A stretch of 64,000 nt of DNA from Flavobacteriales bacterium (lineage in GTDB: Bacteria > Bacteroidota > Bacteroidia > Flavobacteriales > UBA7312). A program made the translations under genes and the position numbers. This document shows positions 19,285 through 28,926 of this stretch, in pieces (the first letter of the stretch is position 1; every line of letters begins with the position of its first letter). Location of the stretch: contig JBMHBP010000002.1 of assembly GCA_049890295.1 (NCBI GenBank), positions 148,561 through 212,560 of the forward strand. The letters are read 5' to 3'. The notes beneath the pieces are model-generated. The model saw nothing but the letters and a program-made list of their open reading frames with translations. It was not told where the DNA came from and searched no databases.

Positions 19285-20298
19285 ATGAGGTACGGGATTT
19301 TGTTTATAATACTGATAATTTTTGCAAATCCTCTTTTTGCACAGTTTGGGAGTGATGCTTTCCAAGCATTGAATTTACCTTTATCCTCTCGCTTGGCGGT
19401 CCTAAATGAACCCATTGCATTGATGGACGATGATGTAGAGGTTGGAATTGTCAATCCGTCTATGTTGAACGATCAAATGAACAATCAACTTTCACTGAAC
19501 TTTGTAGACTATTTTTCAGACATAAATTTTATTTCAGCATCTTATGCTTTTCCATTCAAAGATTTTGGAACTATGGGAGTTTCTATCAAGTCTATTGGTT
19601 ATGGTGAATTTGTTGAAACGGATATTGCAGCTCAAAACCTAGGAACCTTTGGTGCTAATGAGCAAATAATTGCTGTTGGATTAAGTAAAAAGCTAACCGA
19701 TCGGTGGATGGTAGGAGCTTCAGTAAAATCTTTATTTTCAAATTTTGAATCATACAGTTCAACAGCAGTAGCAACAGACATGAGCATAGCTTATTATAAT
19801 ATTGAAAAGAAATTTTACATGACTATGCTCGCAAAACATATTGGTAGACAATTAACTTCATTTACATCAACTACTGAAAATCTTCCATTACAATTAGAAT
19901 TTGGGATGTCTAAACGTCTTGAACATCTGCCGTTTAGATTTATGTTGGGTTATAAAAATATTCAACAATGGGATTTAACTTACACTACTGAAAATACAAC
20001 TATAGATACCAACACAACTTTTTTGATGGATTTTTCATCTAATTTGTTCAGACACATAGACTTTGGTGGGGAGCTAAGTTTGGGCAAACACCTACAACTT
20101 CGAATGGGATATAGCCCAAAAAGAAGACAAGAACTTAAAGTGAATTCATTTTTTGGGATGGTAGGATTTTCATGGGGAATAGGTGTAAAATTTTCACATT
20201 TCAAAATAGATTACGGTCGTTCAACTTATCACTTGCACGGTTCACCAAATTACTTTTCCTTTAGTACAGACATATCCAAGTTCTACAGAAAGAAATGA
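19285..20298 (+). CDS. porQ: type IX secretion system outer-membrane protein PorQ family
   Basis: The ORF track starts at TTG 19270, and the first ATG at 19285 gives MRYGILFIILIIFANPLFAQ. The block FQALNLPLSSRLAVL...DDDVEVGIVNPSML resembles the conserved PorQ N-terminal block. At about 337 aa, it has beta-barrel character throughout. Confidence 0.6.
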   Translation: MRYGILFIILIIFANPLFAQFGSDAFQALNLPLSSRLAVLNEPIALMDDDVEVGIVNPSMLNDQMNNQLSLNFVDYFSDINFISASYAFPFKDFGTMGVSIKSIGYGEFVETDIAAQNLGTFGANEQIIAVGLSKKLTDRWMVGASVKSLFSNFESYSSTAVATDMSIAYYNIEKKFYMTMLAKHIGRQLTSFTSTTENLPLQLEFGMSKRLEHLPFRFMLGYKNIQQWDLTYTTENTTIDTNTTFLMDFSSNLFRHIDFGGELSLGKHLQLRMGYSPKRRQELKVNSFFGMVGFSWGIGVKFSHFKIDYGRSTYHLHGSPNYFSFSTDISKFYRKK

Positions 20299-20972
20299 AA
20301 AAAATAAATATAGCAATAGATGGTCATTCATCATGTGGTAAAAGTACCATAGCAAAGCAATTAGCCCGGTATTTAGGTTATATATATGTTGATACAGGTG
20401 CAATGTATAGATCAGTTTGTTTGTATGCCTTAAATAATAATATTATAGAAAATGGTAATATCGATATTTCATTACTTCTTGATTTACTAGATGATATTGA
20501 TGTAAATTTTAAATATGATCCGCAGACAAATACTTCATTAACCTACCTTAATGGAAAAAATGTTGAAAGTGAAATTAGAGGAATTTGGGTTTCTGAAAAT
20601 GTTAGTAAAATAAGTAAAGTTAAAGCTGTCCGACAAAAACTAATTTCTATTCAAAGGAATATAGGCAAGAATAAAGGAGTTGTGATGGATGGTAGGGACA
20701 TCGGCTCTATAGTTTTTCCAAATGCAGAACTTAAGTTATTTGTTACAGCTTCTGTTGAAGTTAGAGCAAAAAGACGATTTTTAGAACTTGAAAATGTTTC
20801 ATTTGATGATGTTTTAGAAAATTTGAAACAAAGGGATAAGGATGATAGTACTCGTAAAGAAAATCCATTGATTATTGATAAAGCTGCAAAAATAATTGAC
20901 AACACATCTTTGAGTAAGGAAGAGCAGTTTAATCTAGTTTTAAAATACTACAATCAAGTAGTATCTCATTAA
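20295..20972 (+). CDS. cmk: (d)CMP kinase
   Basis: 225 aa. Motifs are IAIDGHSSCGKST, VDTGAMYR and MDGRDIG. The ATG overlaps the porQ stop. Confidence 0.93.
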   Translation: MKKINIAIDGHSSCGKSTIAKQLARYLGYIYVDTGAMYRSVCLYALNNNIIENGNIDISLLLDLLDDIDVNFKYDPQTNTSLTYLNGKNVESEIRGIWVSENVSKISKVKAVRQKLISIQRNIGKNKGVVMDGRDIGSIVFPNAELKLFVTASVEVRAKRRFLELENVSFDDVLENLKQRDKDDSTRKENPLIIDKAAKIIDNTSLSKEEQFNLVLKYYNQVVSH

Positions 20973-22186
20973 CATTCAGCTAAAGCCTCTTCAATAGACC
21001 TAGTATTTTCAAAATAGGATAGAAGTTTTTTAAAAACCTTGTCGACTTCCGAGTCTGGACATGAAGCACCAGAAGTAAGAATTATTTTTACTTTTTCTTT
21101 TTTAGGGATAAATTTCTGAGTTCTATGGAATGATTTGGTATCGTATTCAAAATGCTTTATTTCATCTTTTGAAATAATTTCCTCTTCAGATTTTATAAAA
21201 AAAGTGGGTAAAATATTTTCGCAAAGCTCTACTAGATGCGAAGTGTTAGAGCTGTTGTAACCTCCAACAACAATGGCAATATCAGCTGGTACATCTAAGA
21301 GCCCGTAGGTAGCTTTTTGATTTTCATTAGTTGCATAACATAATGTGTCTCTGGTATCAGCGAAAAAGTCTTTGTAGCTATCTTCTCCATGTTTGTTAAT
21401 AATATGTGATTTTAAGAAATTTGATATTTCCTCAGTTTCACTGGCTAACATGGTGGTTTGGTTTACAACACCAAATTTTCTTAAATCTCTTTTTAAGTCA
21501 AAACCCTCTGAATATTTACCTTCAAAATTTTTGTAAAATTCACTTTCATCAAGTTTTTCGTCCATAAAATCTACTAATAATTTAGCTTCATCAATATCTC
21601 TAATAATTAGTGAGGGTGCATTTTGATATGAATGAGAGAAAGTGGCTTTAGTTTCTTCATGCTTATGTTTTCCATGAATAATAATTGAAAAATCATCTTT
21701 TCCAATACTATTAGCTTTTTTCCAAACTCTTGTTACAAAAGGACAGGTAGTATCGTATTTATCAAGAGTAATATTCTTCTTTTCAAGAAGTTCTTTTATT
21801 TCAATAGTCGTCCCAAATGCTGGTGTTATAACGACATCATCTGAAGTGATTTCATCCCAATCAATTAGTTGATTACCTTCTGTATCCATAATGAAATGCA
21901 AACCTCTTGAAATTAAGTCATCATTCACTATTGGGTTATGAATCATTTGACTTAAAAGGTATATCTTTTTTCCAGGATTTTCTTCAATAGCTCTGTATGA
22001 TATTTCTATAGCATTTTCAACACCATAGCAAAATCCAAAGTGTCTGGCAAGATGAAATTGTACTGGGCCAAAGTCCACAATAGTAGGGGTGAAGTCTTTT
22101 TTCTTTGGGTCTAGATTTCTTCGTTTTTCTTTAATTGATGCAATTACTGATGAACGATAAAATTCTGGAACGTCGAATTTTTTCAT
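20969..22186 (-). CDS. ispH: 4-hydroxy-3-methylbut-2-enyl diphosphate reductase, long form
   Basis: 405 aa. The three cluster cysteines sit in LytB contexts: FGFCYGVENAI, DTTCPFVT, TLCYATNENQ. The N-terminal ~50 aa precede the first Cys. Confidence 0.9.
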   Translation of the reverse strand: MKKFDVPEFYRSSVIASIKEKRRNLDPKKKDFTPTIVDFGPVQFHLARHFGFCYGVENAIEISYRAIEENPGKKIYLLSQMIHNPIVNDDLISRGLHFIMDTEGNQLIDWDEITSDDVVITPAFGTTIEIKELLEKKNITLDKYDTTCPFVTRVWKKANSIGKDDFSIIIHGKHKHEETKATFSHSYQNAPSLIIRDIDEAKLLVDFMDEKLDESEFYKNFEGKYSEGFDLKRDLRKFGVVNQTTMLASETEEISNFLKSHIINKHGEDSYKDFFADTRDTLCYATNENQKATYGLLDVPADIAIVVGGYNSSNTSHLVELCENILPTFFIKSEEEIISKDEIKHFEYDTKSFHRTQKFIPKKEKVKIILTSGASCPDSEVDKVFKKLLSYFENTRSIEEALAEC

Positions 22187-22232
22187 TAGGTTAAATCATA
22201 AATGTTAGCGTATACCTCTCGACAAAAATAGG

Positions 22233-22240
22233 TAAATTTG
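22233..22240 (+). promoter_or_regulatory. TAnnTTTG -7 motif (TAAATTTG) 4 nt upstream of the pdxH ATG
   Basis: Exact motif in the ispH/pdxH divergent intergenic region. Confidence 0.4.
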
Positions 22241-22244
22241 GTCT

Positions 22245-22877
22245 ATGAAAAGTATAAAAAATATTAGAACTGATTACATCAAGAATGAGTTAAATATTGA
22301 GGACTTACAAAAAAGTCCTTTCGATCTATTTAATTTATGGATGGATGATGCTTTAAAATGTATTGATGAACCTAACGCATTTGTTTTATCTACAGTGAAT
22401 AAAAACGGACTACCCTCTTCAAGGGTATTACTTTTGAGAGGCATTAGCTCAATCGGATTTAGTTTTTACACAAACTACAATAGCCAGAAAGCTAAGGATA
22501 TTAGTATTAATCCGAATGTTTCATTAAACTTTTTCTGGCCAGCATTAGAACGACAAATAAGAATAAATGGTCAGGTACGGAAATTATCTGATGATGAGTC
22601 TACCAACTATTTTAATTCCAGACCGTACGATAGTCAAATAGGGGCTTGGTCTTCACCACAAAGTCAAATAATTAATTCTAGAAATATTTTGGATGAGCGA
22701 GTAGATAAGTTCAAAAATAAATATAAAAATGAAGTACCACGTCCACCACATTGGGGAGGCTATATTGTTGAGCCTGAATCAATGGAGTTTTGGCAAGGTA
22801 GAGCCAGTCGTTTGCACGACAGGTTTTTATTTAAAATTCGTGATGGTAAATGGGACGCTAGTCGCTTAGCTCCATAA
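22245..22877 (+). CDS. pdxH: pyridoxamine 5'-phosphate oxidase
   Basis: 210 aa. Motifs are PSSRVLLLRG, FYTNYNSQK and the C-terminal WGGY...EFWQGRASRLHDR. Confidence 0.93.
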   Translation: MKSIKNIRTDYIKNELNIEDLQKSPFDLFNLWMDDALKCIDEPNAFVLSTVNKNGLPSSRVLLLRGISSIGFSFYTNYNSQKAKDISINPNVSLNFFWPALERQIRINGQVRKLSDDESTNYFNSRPYDSQIGAWSSPQSQIINSRNILDERVDKFKNKYKNEVPRPPHWGGYIVEPESMEFWQGRASRLHDRFLFKIRDGKWDASRLAP

Positions 22878-22881
22878 TATT

Positions 22882-23820
22882 TTAATGAAGAATAACTTCT
22901 TTATCTAGCTTAAAACCTCTAAGAAAGTCGTCTGTTTTCATTCTTTTTTTACCTGATAATTGTAGTTCGTGTATTAGAATAAAACCAAATTTTACAGCTA
23001 CTTTCAATTCATTTTTATGTTCGCTAATTAATTTACCGACTGGAAAATTGTGTTGAGCTTCGTGAATACTGGAATCAAAAATTTTAATCAGTCGATTTTC
23101 ATCAATATTTGACCATGCTGCAGGATAAGGAGAAAGTCCTCTAATTTTATTGTGTATCATAGTCAAACTATTTGACCAATCAATTCTACAATCTTCTTTG
23201 AAGATTTTTGGTGCTTGGCAGCTATTTCCTTGCTGAACTTTTGAACTAAGGTTGTTAGCAGAAATAGTATTGACAGTTTGGCATACTAATTCACTTCCAA
23301 TTGTCATTAATCTATCGTGTAACGATCCTGCATTTTCTTCTGGACTGATATCAATTCGTTTTTGTAATATAATTTTTCCAGTATCAATTTCTTGTTCAAT
23401 AAAAAAGGTAGTCACACCACTTTCTTTCTCCCCATTGATTATGGCCCAATTTATTGGTGCAGCTCCTCTATATTTTGGCAACAATGAAGCATGAAGATTG
23501 AAAGTGCCTTTATGTGGCATTTTCCAAACCAGTTCAGGTAACATCCTAAAAGCAACTACTACTTGAAGATCTGCCTTTAATAATCTCAGTTGTTGAATAA
23601 ATTCTGGATCCTTTAAATTAGTAGGCTGAAGAATTTTTAGTTTATTTTCAAGTGCATATTTTTTGACGGAAGACTGAGATAGTTTTTGACCTCTTCCTGA
23701 AGGTTTGTCAGCAGCTGTGACTACTCCTACAACATTGAACCCATTTTCAACTAATTGTTTTAATGATGCCGTGGCAAAATCAGGGGTTCCCATAAACACT
23801 ATTCTCAACGTTGAACTCAT
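22882..23820 (-). CDS. fmt: methionyl-tRNA formyltransferase
   Basis: I trimmed the start to MSSTLRIVFMGTPDFA (ATG 23820); the ORF-track extension overlaps recQ. Motifs are NLHASLLPKYRGAAPI and the C-terminal Fmt domain. Confidence 0.92.
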   Translation of the reverse strand: MSSTLRIVFMGTPDFATASLKQLVENGFNVVGVVTAADKPSGRGQKLSQSSVKKYALENKLKILQPTNLKDPEFIQQLRLLKADLQVVVAFRMLPELVWKMPHKGTFNLHASLLPKYRGAAPINWAIINGEKESGVTTFFIEQEIDTGKIILQKRIDISPEENAGSLHDRLMTIGSELVCQTVNTISANNLSSKVQQGNSCQAPKIFKEDCRIDWSNSLTMIHNKIRGLSPYPAAWSNIDENRLIKIFDSSIHEAQHNFPVGKLISEHKNELKVAVKFGFILIHELQLSGKKRMKTDDFLRGFKLDKEVILH

Positions 23821-23839
23821 ATTTTGTAAAAATACGACA

Positions 23840-25744
23840 TTAAGAAATCCAAATGACTTGATTTTTTGTATCCATGCTAATAATTTTATTATCACTTAAA
23901 TATTGAAGTACTTCTACTATCTTATCTTCTCTGTAATCTATCAATGACATAACAATATCATTAACACTCATGGATGTGTTTTGAAGTAAATTTTTTATGT
24001 CCTTCATTATCTTATCAAACTCCTGCTGATTGATATTTAGTTTATTTCTCTCTAGGCATACATCACATTTGCCGCACCTTTGTTGGTTTTTTTCTGCAAA
24101 ATAATTTTGCAAGAAACTACTTCTACAGACTATCGTATTTGAGATATATTCTGTGGCTTTATTAGCCTTTTCAATATCGATATTTTTCCTTCTTTCAATT
24201 TTACTACTAGAAAAGTTGTGTGAATTTACATTCATTTTTGGTTTTAAAAACAGAATTTTAGGGTCGCTATTTTGTGGGATATACTCAATGATGTTAAAAG
24301 CGTTTAATTTTTCTAAAAGTATTTTGACATCCGGTATTGATAATTGTGATCGTTTTGCAATTATACTTTCTTGTATTTTGGTATAATTATCGAATAAAGT
24401 ACCATAAGAACGAAGTAATATTTTTAATAAAACATCATAAGGTTTATTAGCAATTTGAAATTGATAGAGTTCAGTGTGTGATACTTTAATGAAAATTCTT
24501 GATGGTTGATTTACGGCTTCGCTGAGTTTTATGAATTCTTCCTTTTCTAGTAGTTTTAAAACATTAAATGTTTTGAGGTAATTAAGTGAATACTTTTCAC
24601 AAAAGTCATTGAGGTGAAATGGAAATTCTGAAAATTGACCACTGCCATTTGCAATACCTAAATAGTTTGCTAAATGTTGATATATAATTTTAAGATTCTC
24701 CAGACTAGGGTAATGATTTTCTACATCTTTTTTAAGTTCATCAACATCGAAAGAATTGCATACTAAAATAGCGTATGCTAATTTTTTATCTCGTCCTGCT
24801 CTTCCAGCTTCTTGAAAATATGCCTCTAAAGAGAGGGGAATATGATTGTGAATAACTACTCTCACATCGGATTTATCAATACCCATTCCAAATGCATTTG
24901 TTGCCACCATAACTCTGACATGATTCAATACCCACTTTTTTTGTTTCGATTCCCTTTCAGCTATATCCAATCCACCGTGATAAAATTGAGAACTGATACC
25001 ATATTCTTTTAATAAAGTATGTATACGTTTAGTTTCCTTTCGTGTCTTACAATAAATTATAGCTGATCCTTTTACCTTTTTTAGGATTTGAATAATTTTC
25101 ATATCCTTATCTTCATGTTTAAGAACAACGTATGCTAGTTCATTTCTGTAGAAACTGGTCTTGATGATATGTTTATTTTTAAATTCAAGTTTTTCTTGAA
25201 TATCGTCAACAACTTGTTCTGTAGCCGTAGCTGTTAATGCAACGACTGTTGCATTGGTCAATTTTCTTATTTGAGCGATTTTTAGATAGGATGGCCGAAA
25301 ATTATAGCCCCATTCAGAAATACAATGCGATTCATCGACTGCAATTAAGTTGATATTCATTTTTTGAAGTCGTGTTTTTACCATGTCATTTTCTAATCTT
25401 TCTGGCGATAGGTAAAGAAATTTATAATTTCCATAGATACAATTATCTAAGGCTATATCGACCTCTGCATAAGACATGGCTGATGTAATAGCTGTGGCTC
25501 TAATTTGTCGAGCTTTTAGTTGGCTGACTTGGTCATTCATCAGTGCTATAAGTGGCGATATAACAATACAGATTCCTTCTGTCATCAGGCTAGGAACCTG
25601 ATAACAAATAGACTTACCACCACCAGTAGGTAAAAGCACTAAAGTATCTTTACCTTCTAAAATGGCATGTATAACATCTAATTGAGCTGTTCTAAAAGAG
25701 TCATAGCCCCAATATTTGTTCAATATTTCGAGTGGACTCAACAT
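23840..25744 (-). CDS. recQ: RecQ-family ATP-dependent DNA helicase
   Basis: 634 aa. Motifs are TGGGKSICYQVP, the DEAH-type box VDESHCISEWGYNFRPSY, ATNAFGMGIDK and QEAGRAGRD. A Cys cluster reads CRSS..CGKCDVC. Confidence 0.9.
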   Translation of the reverse strand: MLSPLEILNKYWGYDSFRTAQLDVIHAILEGKDTLVLLPTGGGKSICYQVPSLMTEGICIVISPLIALMNDQVSQLKARQIRATAITSAMSYAEVDIALDNCIYGNYKFLYLSPERLENDMVKTRLQKMNINLIAVDESHCISEWGYNFRPSYLKIAQIRKLTNATVVALTATATEQVVDDIQEKLEFKNKHIIKTSFYRNELAYVVLKHEDKDMKIIQILKKVKGSAIIYCKTRKETKRIHTLLKEYGISSQFYHGGLDIAERESKQKKWVLNHVRVMVATNAFGMGIDKSDVRVVIHNHIPLSLEAYFQEAGRAGRDKKLAYAILVCNSFDVDELKKDVENHYPSLENLKIIYQHLANYLGIANGSGQFSEFPFHLNDFCEKYSLNYLKTFNVLKLLEKEEFIKLSEAVNQPSRIFIKVSHTELYQFQIANKPYDVLLKILLRSYGTLFDNYTKIQESIIAKRSQLSIPDVKILLEKLNAFNIIEYIPQNSDPKILFLKPKMNVNSHNFSSSKIERRKNIDIEKANKATEYISNTIVCRSSFLQNYFAEKNQQRCGKCDVCLERNKLNINQQEFDKIMKDIKNLLQNTSMSVNDIVMSLIDYREDKIVEVLQYLSDNKIISMDTKNQVIWIS

Positions 25745-25761
25745 CAGTACGAAGATATGAA

Positions 25762-26268
25762 TTAGATTTCATTGATAATAAAGTCTATTCTTTCTTTAAT
25801 AGTTAGTAAAGGTACTTTCAATAAGGTGTACCCAAAATGTTTGTAAGCTGAACTAATTAAGTTATAAATTTCAGTGGCTTCTTCGAAAGTTTCGAATCGT
25901 TGGTCATCAGTAGTGTAAATATTTTCCCATGGTGGTAAAATGAAAACGGTTTCGAAATAGCGGTTTTCTTGACAATAGTTTAGAATTTCTTTAGGAATTG
26001 TTAGTTTATTTTTATTGAAGTAAGCTAAGCTGTCTATCATACCTCTATCATAAAATTGAAGTATTTGATTTGCCTTTTGAAAGTCTTTTTTTCTTTCGTT
26101 AAAAACAGCTTCTTCAAAACTGATGGGCTTAAAAGAGGAGTTGATTTTCATATCGATAATGATGGATCTAGAGACTTCTTCAAAACATTTATAATTATTA
26201 GCTAGCTCGTTAATAATACTCGTTTTTCCGCTTCCAGGTCCGCCAGTAATAACAATGCGTTTTTTCAT
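25762..26268 (-). CDS. small P-loop ATPase (AAA_28 / NadR-kinase-like)
   Basis: 168 aa. The P-loop is ITGGPGSGKTS at the N-terminus. The size and layout fit a small nucleoside/nucleotide-kinase-like ATPase. Confidence 0.7.
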   Translation of the reverse strand: MKKRIVITGGPGSGKTSIINELANNYKCFEEVSRSIIIDMKINSSFKPISFEEAVFNERKKDFQKANQILQFYDRGMIDSLAYFNKNKLTIPKEILNYCQENRYFETVFILPPWENIYTTDDQRFETFEEATEIYNLISSAYKHFGYTLLKVPLLTIKERIDFIINEI

Positions 26269-26969
26269 AAGAAAGTACTTATGAGGGCAATACCAGAGCC
26301 TAAAATTATAGCAATAGTTTTTCGGCTGTTGAACTGGTGACCATCACTACTTTCAAATAGAATAGTAGTAGAAATATGAAGAAACATTCCAATAACAATT
26401 GCCATTATTTGATGGTGGTAAGTTGAAACATTACTTATGTAATGACTAACAAATGATCCTAAAGGAGTGGTAATTGCGAAGAATATTAAAAGTAAAATTA
26501 TTTGTGGGGTTTTCATTTTACTTTCGATCAGTAAGTGAGTTAATACTATACTAACGGGAATTTTATGTAAAACTATTGCTGAAAGTAATGAATCATGAGT
26601 ATGATCATGAATGTGATGTGCTGCACCTAGGGGCATACCTTCTATAAATGAGTGAATGCTTAATCCCAAAAGAATTGTAAATGATACATTTCCATGAATA
26701 TGACCATGCCCATGTTCTACACCTTTAGAAAATTGTTCAAGAAGAATTTGTAATAAAAAGCCTACTAACACAAAGACGCCAATAACATGATTGTTACTGG
26801 TGTTGAATGTTTCAGGAATTAAATGGATAACTGTAATACCAAATAAATATGCACCACTAAATGATATGAGTAACTTAGTTGTCTTATTTGAAATATTTTT
26901 AAAATAGAATGCAATAAAACTTCCAACGAAAACAGATAAAAAAAGTACAATGTAATCTAATGTATGCAT
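26265..26969 (-). CDS. ZIP-family divalent metal (zinc) transporter
   Basis: 234 aa and polytopic. It has a His-rich loop (VEHGHGHIHG, HHIHDHTHD) and the ZIP motif HSFIEGMPLG. Confidence 0.85.
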   Translation of the reverse strand: MHTLDYIVLFLSVFVGSFIAFYFKNISNKTTKLLISFSGAYLFGITVIHLIPETFNTSNNHVIGVFVLVGFLLQILLEQFSKGVEHGHGHIHGNVSFTILLGLSIHSFIEGMPLGAAHHIHDHTHDSLLSAIVLHKIPVSIVLTHLLIESKMKTPQIILLLIFFAITTPLGSFVSHYISNVSTYHHQIMAIVIGMFLHISTTILFESSDGHQFNSRKTIAIILGSGIALISTFL

Positions 26970-27691
26970 TTTTGAGCGGTTATGATAAGTCGAGGTGAAT
27001 CTTCTGCGTTAAAGTCATTTAATTCATAATCTCCCCACAAATTTATAATTTTCATTTGAGCATTTTCAAATAAATTGATGAAATCATTTAAGGTGTATGC
27101 TTTTACCTTTTCAGTGAAATGATAACTTTTTCCTTGGTCTTCAAAACGAATATCTTTTATTAAGTAATTGTTTTTAAGTGATCGTCTTATTTTAAATGTA
27201 ATATTATCAACTATTTTTTCTTCATATTCAGTTAAGTTTAAAAGTGTTTTTTTGACATTAAGAAAATCAATAATTAACTTTCCATTTTCAATAAGATTGT
27301 GTGAGATTGAATCTATTGTATTCTGATGTTCTATGTCATTTTCAAAATAGCCAAAACTCGTAAATAAATTTAAAGCATAATTAAAACTGTTTGGCTTGTA
27401 AATTGTTCGTATATCATGAACATTGAATGCAAGATGTTTATTGGATAACTTATTAGCTATTGTAATACTATTTCTTGAAATATCTATGCCTTCAACTTTG
27501 TATCCGTGACTATTTATCATCAGTGAGTGCCTGCCTTTTCCACAAGCGAGGTCAAGAAAGGTGTCATTTTTATCTGGTTTTAGAAAATGTAATAAATTCG
27601 AAATAAAGTATTTAGCCTCTTGTTCATTTCTGTCCTTGTACAAAATATGATAGTAAGGCGTGTCAAACCAAGTATCGTACCATTTCTTCAT
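26957..27691 (-). CDS. class I SAM-dependent methyltransferase
   Basis: 244 aa. The SAM-binding loop is FLDLACGKGRHS, and the N-terminus WFDTPYYHILYK is conserved. Confidence 0.8.
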   Translation of the reverse strand: MKKWYDTWFDTPYYHILYKDRNEQEAKYFISNLLHFLKPDKNDTFLDLACGKGRHSLMINSHGYKVEGIDISRNSITIANKLSNKHLAFNVHDIRTIYKPNSFNYALNLFTSFGYFENDIEHQNTIDSISHNLIENGKLIIDFLNVKKTLLNLTEYEEKIVDNITFKIRRSLKNNYLIKDIRFEDQGKSYHFTEKVKAYTLNDFINLFENAQMKIINLWGDYELNDFNAEDSPRLIITAQKCIH

Positions 27692-27695
27692 TTTC

Positions 27696-27703
27696 CAAAT
27701 ATA
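27696..27703 (-). promoter_or_regulatory. TAnnTTTG -7 motif (TATATTTG on minus strand) 4 nt upstream of the ATG at 27691
   Basis: Plus-strand caaatata in the divergent intergenic region 27692..27738. Confidence 0.4.
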
Positions 27704-27738
27704 AATTTTAAAAGCTAATAATTAACTAATTTAGTGGC

Positions 27739-28911
27739 ATGAAAAATCAATTTGAAGATAATTACAAAATGATTGCTAAAACCCAACTAGGGTTAGAAGA
27801 TGTTTTAGCTGATGAATTGAAACGTTTAGGTGCAATGGAAGTAAATATACTCAATAGGGCAGTAAGTTTTGTAGGGGATAAAGGTTTTATGTATAAAGCT
27901 AATTTGAATCTTAGAACGGCATTGAGAATATTAAAGCCTATTCATTACTTTTCAGCTAGAAAGGATACTGAGTTGTATGAAAAAGCATTAAAAATTGAAT
28001 GGTCTGATTACATGACTGTTGATGATACATTTTCTGTGAATGCTGCTGTACATTCTGATTTTTTTAATCATAGCCATTATGTAGCATTGAAGGTAAAAGA
28101 CGCTATAGTTGATTATTTTAGAAACCATACAAGAGGAAGACGGCCAACAGTGAACACTAAACAAGCGGATGTACAATTTAATATTCATATTTCTAATGAT
28201 AAGTGTACAATTTCTTTAGATAGTTCTGGAGACTCTTTACATAAAAGAGGGTATAGACATAGTACAAATGAAGCACCTATTAATGAAGTCTTAGCAGCTG
28301 GATTGATAATGTTAAGTGATTGGGATAGGAAAAGCAACTTTCATGATCCGATGTGTGGTTCAGGAACAATTTTGATTGAAGCTGCTATGTTAGCTTGTAA
28401 TATACCACCTCAATTACACAGAAAACGGTTTTGTTTTATGAATTGGAAAGACTTTGAGGATGACTTATGGCAAACTATTAAATCATCATCGATGAAAAAA
28501 ATAGTAGAGTTTGAAGGAAAAATAATTGGTTGTGACAGAGCTTTTGCATCTGTTCGTAAGGCTCAGGAAAATGTAAAGGATGCTATGTTAGATGATTTTG
28601 TTGAAATTAAAAGGGCTAATTTTATTAGAAAGCCAGAACCTATGCCTGAAGGTAGTACCTTATTATTTAATCCCCCATATGGTGAACGATTAAAGGTTAA
28701 TGTTAATGAATTATATGCTGATATTGGGGATACTTTTAAAAAGAATTATCCAGGCTGTTCGGCTTGGCTAATTACATCTGATATGGAAGCTATTAAAAGT
28801 GTTCATTTAAAGCATAGCAAGCGAATTAAAATATTTAATGGCAAGCTTGAATGTCGATTTCTAAAATATGAAATGTATGAAGGAAGTAGAAAGAAACAAA
28901 AAAGCGACTAA
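27739..28911 (+). CDS. THUMP-domain class I SAM-dependent RNA methyltransferase (RlmL N-terminal-like / UPF0020)
   Basis: 390 aa. The THUMP-like N-terminus is followed by the SAM loop DPMCGSGTILIEAA and the catalytic NPPYGERL. Confidence 0.85.
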   Translation: MKNQFEDNYKMIAKTQLGLEDVLADELKRLGAMEVNILNRAVSFVGDKGFMYKANLNLRTALRILKPIHYFSARKDTELYEKALKIEWSDYMTVDDTFSVNAAVHSDFFNHSHYVALKVKDAIVDYFRNHTRGRRPTVNTKQADVQFNIHISNDKCTISLDSSGDSLHKRGYRHSTNEAPINEVLAAGLIMLSDWDRKSNFHDPMCGSGTILIEAAMLACNIPPQLHRKRFCFMNWKDFEDDLWQTIKSSSMKKIVEFEGKIIGCDRAFASVRKAQENVKDAMLDDFVEIKRANFIRKPEPMPEGSTLLFNPPYGERLKVNVNELYADIGDTFKKNYPGCSAWLITSDMEAIKSVHLKHSKRIKIFNGKLECRFLKYEMYEGSRKKQKSD

Positions 28912-28925
28912 AAGTCGCTTTTTTA
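28900..28925. terminator. bidirectional Rho-independent terminator between convergent genes
   Basis: The hairpin is AAAAGCGACT-aaa-AGTCGCTTTT, flanked by an A-run and a T-run. It overlaps the stop codon of the plus-strand gene. Confidence 0.7.
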
Positions 28926-28926
28926 G

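Noticed and set aside
23840-27691. The string of RecQ-family helicase, small P-loop ATPase, ZIP transporter and SAM methyltransferase, considered as a candidate defence or restriction-like system.
   Set aside because: The helicase has ordinary RecQ motifs. The ATPase is a 168-aa kinase-like P-loop protein. The methyltransferase lacks DNA-methylase motifs (no DPPY/NPPY or PCQ block). The ZIP transporter is unrelated, and there is no nuclease or specificity subunit. It looks like housekeeping operon packing.
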